Assembly: GCA_963761695.1 (NCBI GenBank)
Contig: CAVXIB010000001.1
Span: 200,057 to 264,056, forward strand
Direction of reading: 5' to 3'
Length of the DNA: 64,000 bases
Origin: an uncultured Actinomycetota bacterium
GTDB taxonomy: Bacteria; Actinomycetota; Actinomycetes; Mycobacteriales; SCTD01
The notes under the pieces are model-generated. The model was not told where the DNA came from and did not search any database. It saw only the letters and a list, made by a program, of their open reading frames with translations. The position numbers were made by a program, and so were the translations under genes. The first letter of the stretch is position 1. Every line of letters starts with the position of its first letter. Shown piece after piece: positions 48,463-58,551 of the stretch.

Positions 48463-48538
48463 CGGCGCCCTGGTCTGGCGCCCTGGTTGCCGCCTCGCTG
48501 ACGGCGCCGCGGTCTGGCGCCTTGGTCCTGGCGCCGCG
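48459..48538. repeat. Degenerate direct repeat (two ~29 bp copies built from GGCGCCnnGGTCT units) between convergent genes
   Basis: ctgacggcgccctggtctggcgccctggt at 48459 and ctgacggcgccgcggtctggcgccttggt at 48498; five GGCGCC hexamers. Confidence 0.6.
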
Positions 48539-48549
48539 GCCGCACGATG

Positions 48550-49864
48550 TCAGCAGGCGTCGAGGAAACGGTCCAGCACCCGGGTGCCGAAGCTGCAGGG
48601 CGTCGAGCGGCACGCGCTCGTCGACGCCGTGGAACATCCCGGAGAAGTCGAGGTCCGAAGGCAGGCGCAGCGGAGCGAACCCGAACCCGCGGATGCCGAG
48701 CCGGCTGAAGCTCTTGGCGTCGGTGCCCCCGGACAGCGTGTAGGGCACCGGGCGCGCCCCCGGGTCCTCCGCCTTGAGCGCGCCGACCATGGCGTCGACC
48801 AGCTCGCCCTCGAACTCGGTCTCCAGCGCGATGTCGTAGTGGACGTACTCCCGCGCGATCCTGGGCCCCAGCACGGCATCGAGCTCGCGTTCGAAATCGT
48901 CCTGGTGCCCGGGCAGGAAGCGGCCGTCGACCATGGCGTGCGCCCGCTGCGGGATGACGTTGTGCTTGTAGCCGGCATCGAGCATGGTCGGGTTGGCGGT
49001 GTTGCGCAGGGTGGCCCCGACGATGCGGGCGAGCGGGCCGAGGAGCTTGACCGTCGCCTCCATGTCCTCGGCGTCGAGCTCCACGCCGAAGGCGTCGCTG
49101 ACCTCGTCGAGGAAGCGCCGGACGGTCTTGGTCACGTGCAGCGGGAACTGGTGCCGGCCCAACCGGGCGACCGCCTCGCAGAGCTCGGTCACCGCGTTGT
49201 CCGCCGAGAGCATCGAGCCGTGACCGGCGGTGCCGTCGGCGGTCAGCCGCATCCAGGCCATGCCCTTCTGGGCGGTCTCGATCATGTAGAGCCGGACGTC
49301 GTCGGAGACGCTCAGGGAGAAGCCGCCCACCTCGCTGATGGCCTCGGTGCACCCCTCGAACAGCTGCGGCTGGGTCTCCACCAGGTGTTGCGCGCCGTAG
49401 ACGCCGCCCGCCTCCTCGTCGGCGAGGAACGCCAGCACGACGTCGCGGGGCGGCTTGCGCCCGGATCGCAGCCGGTCCCGGACCACCGCCAGGACCATCG
49501 CGTCCATGTCGAGCATGTCGACGGCGCCCCGGCCCCAGAGACAGCCGTCGGCGATCTCGCCGGCGAAGGGGTCGTAGGTCCACGCCTTCGGCTCGGCCGG
49601 GACGACGTCGAGGTGGCCGTGGATCAGCAGGGCGTCGCGCGCGCTGTCCTCTCCGGCCCAGCGGGCGACGACGCTGGTGCGGCCCGGCGCAGACTCGAAC
49701 AGCTGGGGCTCGAGCCCGACCTCGCTGAGCTTTTCGGCGACGTACTCCGCGGCCCGTCGCTCGCCGGGACCCCGTCCGGTGCCGTCGTTGACGCTCTCGA
49801 ACCGGATCAGGTCGCGGCACAGGTCGACGACCTCGTCCTGGGCCGTGGGGACGGGCTGGGTCAC
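48550..49864 (-). CDS. M20/M25/M40-family metallopeptidase (apparent frameshift near 48595)
   Basis: HGHLDVVP, GRGAVDM, ADEEAGG, GHGS, SGGTD, HGVDERVP. Confidence 0.93.
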
Positions 49865-50016
49865 GGGGGCTCCTCGCGGTCCGGGTCTCCGCACGGTACG
49901 TGGGGCGCGGCCTCGCCGGTCGACCGGTCCGGGCACGCGGCGGCCAGGTCTGGCAGGGTCTGCGCGGACAGACCGGCGGCACGGACCGGGCGCGGGCGAG
50001 GCAGGAGGACGGTCGG

Positions 50017-50880
50017 GTGCTGATCGAGGTCGAGACGTCACAGGACCTGCTGTTCGACGACGGGGCGCCGGTGCGGGGCGGTTCTGCCCTGGCCCGGCTC
50101 GGCGACGGCTGGCTGGTCGCCCAGGACCAGGACAGCCACGGGGCCTGGGTCCGGCCCTCGGGCACGCAGCGGCTTCGCCTGCTGCCGGACCGGGCGCCGG
50201 CCGACCACGACGGCCCCGCGCCGGGTCCCGACCTGCAGGCGGCCTGCGGCCTGACCGGCCCCGCCGGCACCGGGGTCCTGCTGCTGGGGTCGGGCGCCAC
50301 CCCGGACCGCTGCGGGGCCGTCGTCGTGCTGGAGCGGGACGGCGCCGTGCAGGTGGCCTCCCGGGACCTCAGCGGCCTCTACGCAGCGGTGGCGCGGGAG
50401 CTCGGGCTGCAGCCCGGACAGCTCGATGTCCAGGGCGTGGCCCGCAACGGCGACGTCCTGCGCTGGTGCTCCCGCGGAGCGGACGGGGCGCCCGACAGCA
50501 GCCTCGACGTCGGCCTGCCCGGCCTGCTCGAGGCCGTGCGTGGCGAGCGCGACCCCGGCGAGGTCCCCGTGCGAGGGCCCCGCAGGTACGCGCTCGGCGA
50601 GCTCGCCGGCGCCCGCCTCAGCGCGACCGACGCGGTGGCCCTGCCCGACGGGAGGCTGCTGCTGAGTGCGGCGGGCGGGGCGGCAGCAGCCCTCGTCCTG
50701 CTCGACGGTGACGAGGTCCTGGACCGCCAGGCCGTCCCTCCGGTCGAGGGCAGGTCCGCGCGGGTGCAGGGCCTTGCCGTGCTCGAGGTGCTCGACGACG
50801 GCGTCCGCCTGATGGCTGTCGTCGACGCCGCGGCCGCGGCGGACCCGTCGCGCGAGCTCGCCCTGCGGGTGCGCTGGTAG
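50017..50880 (+). CDS. Conserved hypothetical protein (DUF6910-like, possible beta-propeller)
   Basis: LLFDDGAPVRGGSALA..GDGWLVAQD, LLLGSGATPDR, LSATDAVAL; rich in predicted beta strands. Confidence 0.6.
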   Translation: MLIEVETSQDLLFDDGAPVRGGSALARLGDGWLVAQDQDSHGAWVRPSGTQRLRLLPDRAPADHDGPAPGPDLQAACGLTGPAGTGVLLLGSGATPDRCGAVVVLERDGAVQVASRDLSGLYAAVARELGLQPGQLDVQGVARNGDVLRWCSRGADGAPDSSLDVGLPGLLEAVRGERDPGEVPVRGPRRYALGELAGARLSATDAVALPDGRLLLSAAGGAAAALVLLDGDEVLDRQAVPPVEGRSARVQGLAVLEVLDDGVRLMAVVDAAAAADPSRELALRVRW

Positions 50881-50881
50881 G

Positions 50882-51478
50882 TCAGCGCGGCCGGCGCGTC
50901 ATCGGCAGCACCACCGGGCACCCCGCCGGCACCGGCAGGGGGTCGCCGGACACGAAGCCGAGGCGCCGGTAGAAGGTCCAGTTGCGCGGGTTGCTGCTCT
51001 CCAGGTAGGCGGGCACGCCGTCGTCGTCGCACCGGTCCAGCACCGGCTGCACCACGCGCGGACCGACCCCCGTGCCACGCGCCGCCGGGAGTGCCCCCAG
51101 CGCCTCGAGGTACCAGTGCGGCTCGCGGGGGTGCAGACGCTCGACGACGGCCTGAAGGCGCAGCGCGCGCACCACGCCGGCGCCCAGGGCACGGCCCGCG
51201 GTGGGCAGCTGCCGGGCGGTCTCCCGCAGACCGCCCTGCCAGTGGCCCGGCGGCAGCCAGACGGCCGCCGCGGACCGCTCGGGTGTGACCAGCACGAGGC
51301 CCCCCTGGGTGCGGGCTGCGGTCGCCGCGAAGGCACCGAAGACCAGGGCGAGGCGTCGCTCGCGGTCAGCGCCTCGCAGCACCCAGGCCCAGACCGGGTC
51401 CTCCACGAAGGCCGCGCCGAGGACGGCCCCCGCGTCACGCTCGGCGGGCCGGCCGGAAAGCTGCTCGACGTCGGACAC
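50882..51478 (-). CDS. GNAT-family N-acetyltransferase
   Basis: AF.EDP, AAAVWLPP, HWYLEALG, RGTGVG, AYLESSNPRN..FY.RLGF. Confidence 0.9.
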   Translation of the reverse strand: MSDVEQLSGRPAERDAGAVLGAAFVEDPVWAWVLRGADRERRLALVFGAFAATAARTQGGLVLVTPERSAAAVWLPPGHWQGGLRETARQLPTAGRALGAGVVRALRLQAVVERLHPREPHWYLEALGALPAARGTGVGPRVVQPVLDRCDDDGVPAYLESSNPRNWTFYRRLGFVSGDPLPVPAGCPVVLPMTRRPR

Positions 51479-51665
51479 GGGGGCAGCCTGCCGGTTCCGG
51501 GCGGCGCCGTCGAGGGCCGACCGCTGGGCGGCGTCGTGGTCGCGGACGCGGCGTGCCCGCGCCGGCGACCGGTCTGCGACACGCGCCGGGCGTTCGATCT
51601 GCCCGAGCGCCCCCACGACGGCCGGAGAATGGACATACTGCGCCGATGAGCACCAGTGGACGGTC

Positions 51666-52256
51666 GTGAGCGACCGACGCCCCGGGGACGACACCCCCAG
51701 CCGCGGCTTCGGTGCACCCGGCTTCGGCGCCCCGACCGGTGGCCGCGGCTTCGGTCCCCCCTCGGGGGCGCCCGTGCCCGGGTTCGGCGGTGGCCCGACG
51801 CCCTCCGGCCCTGCTCCCGGCGCCCCCTCGTTCGGACCCCCGGCGACCCCTGCAGGACCGGGGGGCTTCGGGCCCCGGCCGCAGGCCCCTGCGGCGTCGG
51901 GCGGCCCCGGCTTCGGTGACCGGCCCGGTGGCTCGGTGCTCCCGGAGACCACCGACGCCGTCACGGCACCACTCGGTCTGCTGGCGCTCGCCGGCGGGCT
52001 CGTGGCCGTCGGGCTGCTGCTCGCCGCCCTCGCCCACGGCCGACCGGTGCTCGCCGTGCTGGCCTGGTTGCTCGCCGGCTTCGGGGCCATCGGCGCCCTG
52101 GGCGTGTTCACCGTGACCGACGCCCGGCGGCGCACGGCGCCCTGGTACACCGGCACCGCGTCGGCCGGCCTGCTCCAGGCGGGGCTCGCCGCGGCCGCCG
52201 TCCTGGTCGTCGCGCTCGCCTCCTACCAGTTCGCCGACTGGCTGGCCCGCCGGTGA
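51666..52256 (+). CDS. Operon gene A: membrane protein with GFG/Pro-rich disordered N-terminus and 3 TM helices
   Basis: Repeated GFG/SFG motifs followed by three hydrophobic segments. The stop overlaps the next start (GTGA). Confidence 0.75.
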   Translation: MSDRRPGDDTPSRGFGAPGFGAPTGGRGFGPPSGAPVPGFGGGPTPSGPAPGAPSFGPPATPAGPGGFGPRPQAPAASGGPGFGDRPGGSVLPETTDAVTAPLGLLALAGGLVAVGLLLAALAHGRPVLAVLAWLLAGFGAIGALGVFTVTDARRRTAPWYTGTASAGLLQAGLAAAAVLVVALASYQFADWLARR

Positions 52257-54994
52257 CCCGGGTCCTGCGTGCCGCACTGGCCACGCTCCTGCTCCTCGGT
52301 GCGGTCGTGCTCCTGACCGCGACACCGACGACCGCCGCACCCCGGCTCCCCACCCCGCTCACCACCCCTGCTCACCACACCCCGGGCTCAGGCCGCCACC
52401 GGTGACGCCGTCCAGCAGTTCGGCGCCTGCCTCAGCGAGCAGAAGAAGGGCGACCTGCTCCTGATGCTGGACCAGTCCGGGAGCCTGCGCCAGACCGACC
52501 CGGAGGACGTCCGCGTCTCCGCGTCGGCCTTCCTGCTCAAGCAGCTCAGCCAGACGGCCGCCGCGGCGAAGGCGTCCCTCGACGTCGCCGTCGCGGGCTT
52601 CGACGTCGGCTACCAGCGCACCGTCGCCTGGCAGCGACTCGACGCGGCCTCCCTGCCGGCCGTCGTGCGCGGCGTCGAGGCCTACCGCGACCGTGACAGC
52701 GGCATCGACACCGACTACGTCAACGCCATCGCCGGGGCCCGCGACGAGCTGCGTGCGCGCCAGCGCTCCGAGGGAGGTCGCTGCCAGGTCCTGGTCTGGT
52801 TCAGCGACGGGCAGTTCGACCTCGACGTCCGCACCACCGCGAGCAAGGCCGAGCGGTACGGGACCAGCAAGGCCTACGCCCCCGGAGCCGACCTGCGCAC
52901 CGAGGCGGGGACCACGCGAGCCGTGCAGGCCGGGACCACCTCGCTGTGCCGCAGCGGCGGGGTCGCCGACCAGCTGCGCGCCGCCAAGGTGCTGACCTTC
53001 GCCGTCGGGCTCGGCAAGCAGGAGCAATACGGCCTCATGCGCAGCATCGCCGTCGGAGCCGATCCGCAGTCCGGCCCGTGTGGCGCGCAGCCGGCCGGGG
53101 TCGTCGGGGACTTTCGCGCCGCGGACGAGGTCTCGGACCTGGTCTTCGCGCTGAACAGCTACACCGGGCTGGTCCCCCCGTCGACACGACCAGCGGCGTC
53201 TGTGCCCGCACCTCCTGTGCCGGAGCGGCCCGCACCTTCGTCCTGGACGCCTCGATCCGCGACGTCGACGTCCTGGCCGGGACGACGGCGCCGAAGGTCG
53301 ACATCCTGCTGAGCGGACCGGGCGGCGGCAGCTCGGCCCGGTTCCACTTCGAGACGCCGGGGGTGGTCGCGACGCAGACCGTGAGCGGCCAGCAGGTCGG
53401 CGCGGAGTGGCTCAGCGACCGCCAGGTGCAGATCGACCTGTCGCGGGCCGACCTCAAGGGGTGGGGCGGGCAGTGGACCCTCGTGCCCGTGGCACCGCAG
53501 GGTGCTCCCGCGGGCACCCGGGCCCGTACCCAGCTGCGCATCACGGGCGACCTCGTGCCCCGGCTCGACGGCGCGCCCGAGCTGCGGGCCGACGCGGACG
53601 CCCGGGTGGCCGTCGGCATCGGCAGCGAGCGCGACGGCAAGCCGGTCGCGGTCACCGAGGTCCTGGGCACCGCACGCGTCTCCGCGAGCCTGGTGTCGGC
53701 CGGGGGTCCGGTGAAGCCGATCGCCGAGGGAGTGGGCCTGGCGACCGCCGCGGCGGGACTGGGCGTCGACCTCAGCGGCTTCCCCCCGGGGCCCGCCGTG
53801 CTCGAGCTGCGCCTCCTGGTGCAGACCGCCGGAACGACGGTCGGGGGCCGGGCGGTGGCGGGCACGCGACTGGCCGAGCGGCGCACCACCGTCCCCGTGA
53901 CCGTCGTTCCACCGCGGGAGTTCCCCCGGGTCACCTCCGCCACCCTCGACCTCGGCCGGCGGGAGGGTGTCGGTCCGCACGACGCCGCCCTGCCGCTCGC
54001 CGGACCCGGGTGCGTGTGGCTGGAGAAGGCCGACGTCAAGACCGGTCCCTCCGGAACCGGGGCTGCCCTCACCTCGACCGCCCGCAGCGCGGACACCTGC
54101 CTGGAGGTCGACGGCACCGGGAGCCTGCCGCTGGCGCTGCGGCTGGACGACAGCGGCAACGGGACCCTGTCCGGGTTGCTCACCGTGCGGCTCGCGCCCG
54201 AGGGGGAGCCGGGGCGGGCGCTGTCGACGACCGTGCCGTTCGTCGGCGACCTCGTGCGGCCCCTCAACACCTCGGTGCTCGGGCTGACGTTCGCGCTCGC
54301 CCTGCTCCTCGGGATCGGGCTGCCGCTGCTGTTCCTCTACGCCCTGCGCTGGTGGACGGCCCGGATTCCCGGCGAGGCCCTGCGGGTCGGCACCGTCCCG
54401 GTGCGGCTCGTCGGCCGGGACGTGCAGCGCGACGGCGGGCCCTTCCAGCTCGACCTCGCCAGGGACACCCGCTTCCAGGGGGTGCCCGAGTCCGGCTTCC
54501 GGCGCCTGGACGTCGAGGGACTCGTGCTGCAGACCCGCACCGGCGTGTCCCCCACCTCGACGCCGTGGACCGAGGTGACCGCCGCGGGCTCGGTCGTCGT
54601 CACGGCCGACGGCGCGGGGCGGCTTCCCCTCGGGGTCCACGGGTCATGGGTCGCCCTGCTCGACCCCGGCCGGCCGGCCGAGGCGAAGGTCGTGGTGCTC
54701 CTGCCCACCGACGCCAGCCCCGCCATGCTCGACCAGGTGGCCCGCGAGATCCGCAGCCGGTTGCCCCAGCTGGCCCAGGAGGCCCGTGATCTCGTGCCGT
54801 CGCCGGGCGCCGGACCCGAGGGCGACGGCGGCTCCCCCGCGCCCGGCGGGTTCGGCACGCCGCCTCCCGGGTCCCCGATGCCGGGCGGGTTCGGCACGCC
54901 GCCCCCCGGGTCCCCGCCTCCAGGGTCTCCACCTCCCGGGGAGTTCGGCGCGCGACCACCCGGTGGGTTCTCCCCTCCCCCCGCGGCTCCCTGA
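52253..54994 (+). CDS. Operon gene B: signal peptide + vWA (MIDAS) + beta-rich ectodomain + TM + cytoplasmic Pro/Gly tail (apparent frameshifts at ~52370 and ~53175)
   Basis: MTRVLRAALATLLLLGAVVLLTA signal peptide, DLLLMLDQSGS (DxSxS), DTDY, VWFSDG, TM LGLTFALALLLGIGLPLLFLYAL, PGGFGTPPPGSP repeats. Confidence 0.85.
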
Positions 54995-55045
54995 CCGACC
55001 GGGCCCCGGCCCGACCTCGCTCGTCCCCTCTCGATCGGAGCTCCT

Positions 55046-58000
55046 GTGCGTCCCTTCCTCCTCGTCGGCTGCGGTGGGTCCGGCGGCGTCACGCTGCAGT
55101 TCCTGCTGGACCAGCTGGCCGCCGACCTGTCGCTCAGGGGTGTGACAAGGTCCCGGACGCCTGGCAGTTCCTGCACGTCGACGTGCCCGTCTCCCCGGAC
55201 GGCGTCCGGGCGGGGCTGCCGCCGGTCGTCGACCGCGCACCCCAACGGGACCTACGCCGGGCTGGCCCCCGCCGCCGGCTCCTACGCGGGAGTCGCCAAC
55301 GCCCTGGTGCAGCAGCTTCTCGCCGCCGACAGCTACGCGCAGCTCGCCACCTGGTTCAGCAACCCGGCCAAGGTACCCCGTGCCCATCGGCGAGGGCGCC
55401 GGTCAGCGTCGCGCGGTCGGCCGCGTGGTCACGCTCGCCCGCCTCGCAGGTGCGCGACGGGCTCGCACCGCCGTCACCAGCATGAACGCCGCCGGGGTGC
55501 GGGGGGAGCTACGGACGCTCGGCCAGCAAGGTCTCGCCCGGGGAGCGAGGCCTGGTCGACAGCCCGCCCCTGGTCGATCGTGGTGTCGTCCATGGCCGGT
55601 GGGGCCGGCGCCAGCATGGTGCTCGACGTCTGCCGCGTGCTCAGCCAGCAGCCGAGCGTCGACCCGGCGTCGACGGCACTGTTCCTCTACACGCCCGAGA
55701 TCTTCGAGCACTGCCCGACAGCCGCGTCAGCGGCGTCCCCGGCAACGCCCTGGCGATGACCGGGGAGCTGCTGCCACCCAGCTCGGCGCGGCTGCCGCCG
55801 ACGACGTCGACATCTTCGAGGCGCTCGGGCTGGGGCAGGGCGCGTGCCGGACGGTCCGCGCCGTTCGGCCGCGTCTTCCCGATCGGGGCGCGCATCGGCG
55901 AGAGCGGCGCCGCCTTCGCCGACGGCAAGCTCGACCAGATCTACCGCGGCATCGGCCGCGGGCTGGCGGCCCTGATGCTCAGCGGCGAGGCCACGCAGCG
56001 CTGGGTCGGCTTCGACCTGACCAACGGCGGCGGCGCTCGACCCGATCGGGCCGACTTCGGCTGGTGCGCCGCCGAAGAAGGACCTGCAGTGGGGCTCGTT
56101 CGGCTTCGCCCAGCTCAACATGGGACGCGACCGGTACGCCGAGTACGCCGCCCAGCGACTGGCCCGCGCAGGGGGTCCAGCAGCTGGTCGCACGGGCACC
56201 TCCAGCCGGGCGACCCCGGGACGGACCAGGAGCAGCGCGACCGGCTGGTGGCCGAGCGGCTCCCGGCCTTCATCGCTGCGCCTGGGCTCCCGGCTCCGGG
56301 TCAGAGCCTCGAGCACTGGTTCGACGGGTCTTCGTCAACGCCAGCTGGGCCAGCGGCGCAGGCGACTCGTCGACCGACACGTCGAGCGCGAGCTCGCCGC
56401 AGGTGCCGGCGGCGCAGCTGCAGCAGTGGCTCGCCAACGTGCAGAACGCCGTCGCAGACACGGCGCCCCGGCTCACGACGACGCCGCCAGCCGAGCGGCT
56501 ACCGACATCGTCTACGCCTGGTACGAGCGGACCCTGCCCACGACCGAGGCGCCGTCGAGCGGGCCGTCAGCACCTTCGGCCTGCCGGCGACGCTCGCGAT
56601 GCTCGAACCGCGTCGGGCGCGGCCTCGACGCCATGGCCCGGGCATGACGCGAGCGCGGCCCAGGGCTCCGGCAGCGACGCCGCGCTGTCCGACCCGACGT
56701 GTGCGCCAGAGCCGCCGCCGTCGGCAGGGCAACATCGGCCTCGCGGCACGGATCCGTGCAGCTCGTCCGGGACGGGCTACGCGCGACGTCCTGCGACCGG
56801 GCCGTCGCTCGGACACGCCGCGGCCAAGCTCGCGGAGGTGCTCGGCGCGCTGCGCGAGCGAGCTACCTCGCGCCGCTGCGCGCGGCGCTCGGCGACGCGT
56901 CCGCACCGCTGCGAGACGCGGTCGGGAGCGCCGCAAGCGCGGCGCCCTCGCTGCAGCTGCGCACCGACGAGTTCGCCGAGTGGCCGGTCGAGCGCTGCGA
57001 CCAGCCGGTGCCCGCGCCGGTTCACGCACGCGCAGAACGAGGTGCTGCTCATCGACGCCGCCCAGTTCGCCGGGCAGTTCGACCAGCACGTGCTGCGCAC
57101 CATGAGCCTCACCGACCGTCCGGTGCTCGAACGCCCCGGACGCCCTCGACCTCGCCGCCCGCGAGATCGTGCTGGCCCAGTGGCCCACCACCGGGGCCCC
57201 GGTCGTGGAGCGGCTGCTCGAGCAGCGCGTGCGCTGGCGCCCCTCGGCGTTGTCGACCGAGCCGGGCGGCAACGAGCCGGTCGCCACCAAGCGCGGTCAG
57301 TACCGGCTGGCCGTGGACCCGAGGGAGGTGCTCGACCGGGCCCGTCGTGGACGGGGCGGCCGACGTACCCGTTCGAGCAGTTCGTCAGCACAGCCCTGCG
57401 CGACTACGTCGGCGCCGAGGAGCTCGGCGAGTCGGTGCGGGCCGAGCGGCTCGAGGAGGTCGCGCGCAAGTTCCGCGAGCACCCTGCAGCTGGCCCACCC
57501 GCTGGTGGCCGTCAACCCCGAGCTGGTGTCACGGCTGCACGGGGGGCAGCAGGCGCGGGTCGCCTACAAGTTCAGCGACGTCCCGTTCCAGGGCCTGGCC
57601 CTCGCCGACGACCTCAAGCGCTTCCTGGACGCGCCCGGCACGCACCCCTCCTCGGTGGACTTCCTGGACAGCGCCCTGCGGTCGACGTCGTCCGCGACGA
57701 GGATCGACGTCTTCGGCTCCTACCCGCCACTGGCCCCGCTGGCCTTCACCTCGCTGCTGACGCCCCTGGCCAGCGGCTGGGCCGAGGCCAACCTGCCCGC
57801 GGCGCGGGAGTCGTTCTACAGCGGGCGACGGTCCCGGCGCCTGGCCGGCGCGCTGCCGATGAACGAGCGGCAGCGACGGGCGATCGTGGCCGGCTGGTTC
57901 GTCGCTCGTCTGACCGGGCGGCTGCGCCTGCCGGGAGAGGTCAGCGGCGTGTCTGCCGTCCAGGTCTGGGACGACGCCGACAACGGCTGGCTGTCGTTCC

Positions 58001-58551
58001 CCCACCCCCTCATCGTCCCAGCCCTCGAGCTCAACCGGACGCCCAACAACTACCTGCCCGCCGTGCTGCTGTCCTACCTGCTGGCCGCCGCGCAGGCGAC
58101 GGCCAACGAGAGCCTGCTCCCGCTGCGTCCCTACACGCTGCTGCGCAAGCACTGGGACAGCTCGACCGAGGGTGTCGACCTCCGCGTCGACGACAACCCG
58201 GCGCTGCTGACCGCCACCGAGCGCTTCCGGGCCCACTTCGCCGGCGGCCGCATCCCCGACGGCGCCCCCAAGGCGTACGCGACGCCGCCGACCGGCGACC
58301 TCGTGGTGGACAAGAAGGCGGTCGTCGACCGGCTGGTCGTGGTCCGCGACACCGTCGCCGCCGACTACCTGCCCCCCGCAGAGGGGGCGTCGCAGACCGC
58401 GGGCCGGTTCGCGACGCTGAAGCGACCGGACGACCTCTGGTCGATCCCGCTGTTCCACGAGGTCGCCCCGGACGTCCACTGGGCCACCTCGCAGCTCATC
58501 CGGGTCATCCAGGACGGCGTGGGCGCCGCCGAGTCCGACGTGCTGATCTGA
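55046..58551 (+). CDS. Operon gene C: large FtsZ/tubulin-like GTPase (Tubulin_2/FtsZ-like family; many apparent frameshifts at 55.1-57.5 kb)
   Basis: FLLVGCGGSGG, WQFLHVDVP, GAGQRRAVGR, VVSSMAGGAGASM.LDV, LFLYTPEIF, then a long helical C-terminal region. Confidence 0.85.

Noticed and set aside
55046-58551. Canonical cell-division ftsZ
   Set aside because: About three times too long, the signature is AGGAGAS rather than GGGTGTG, and no dcw genes are nearby.
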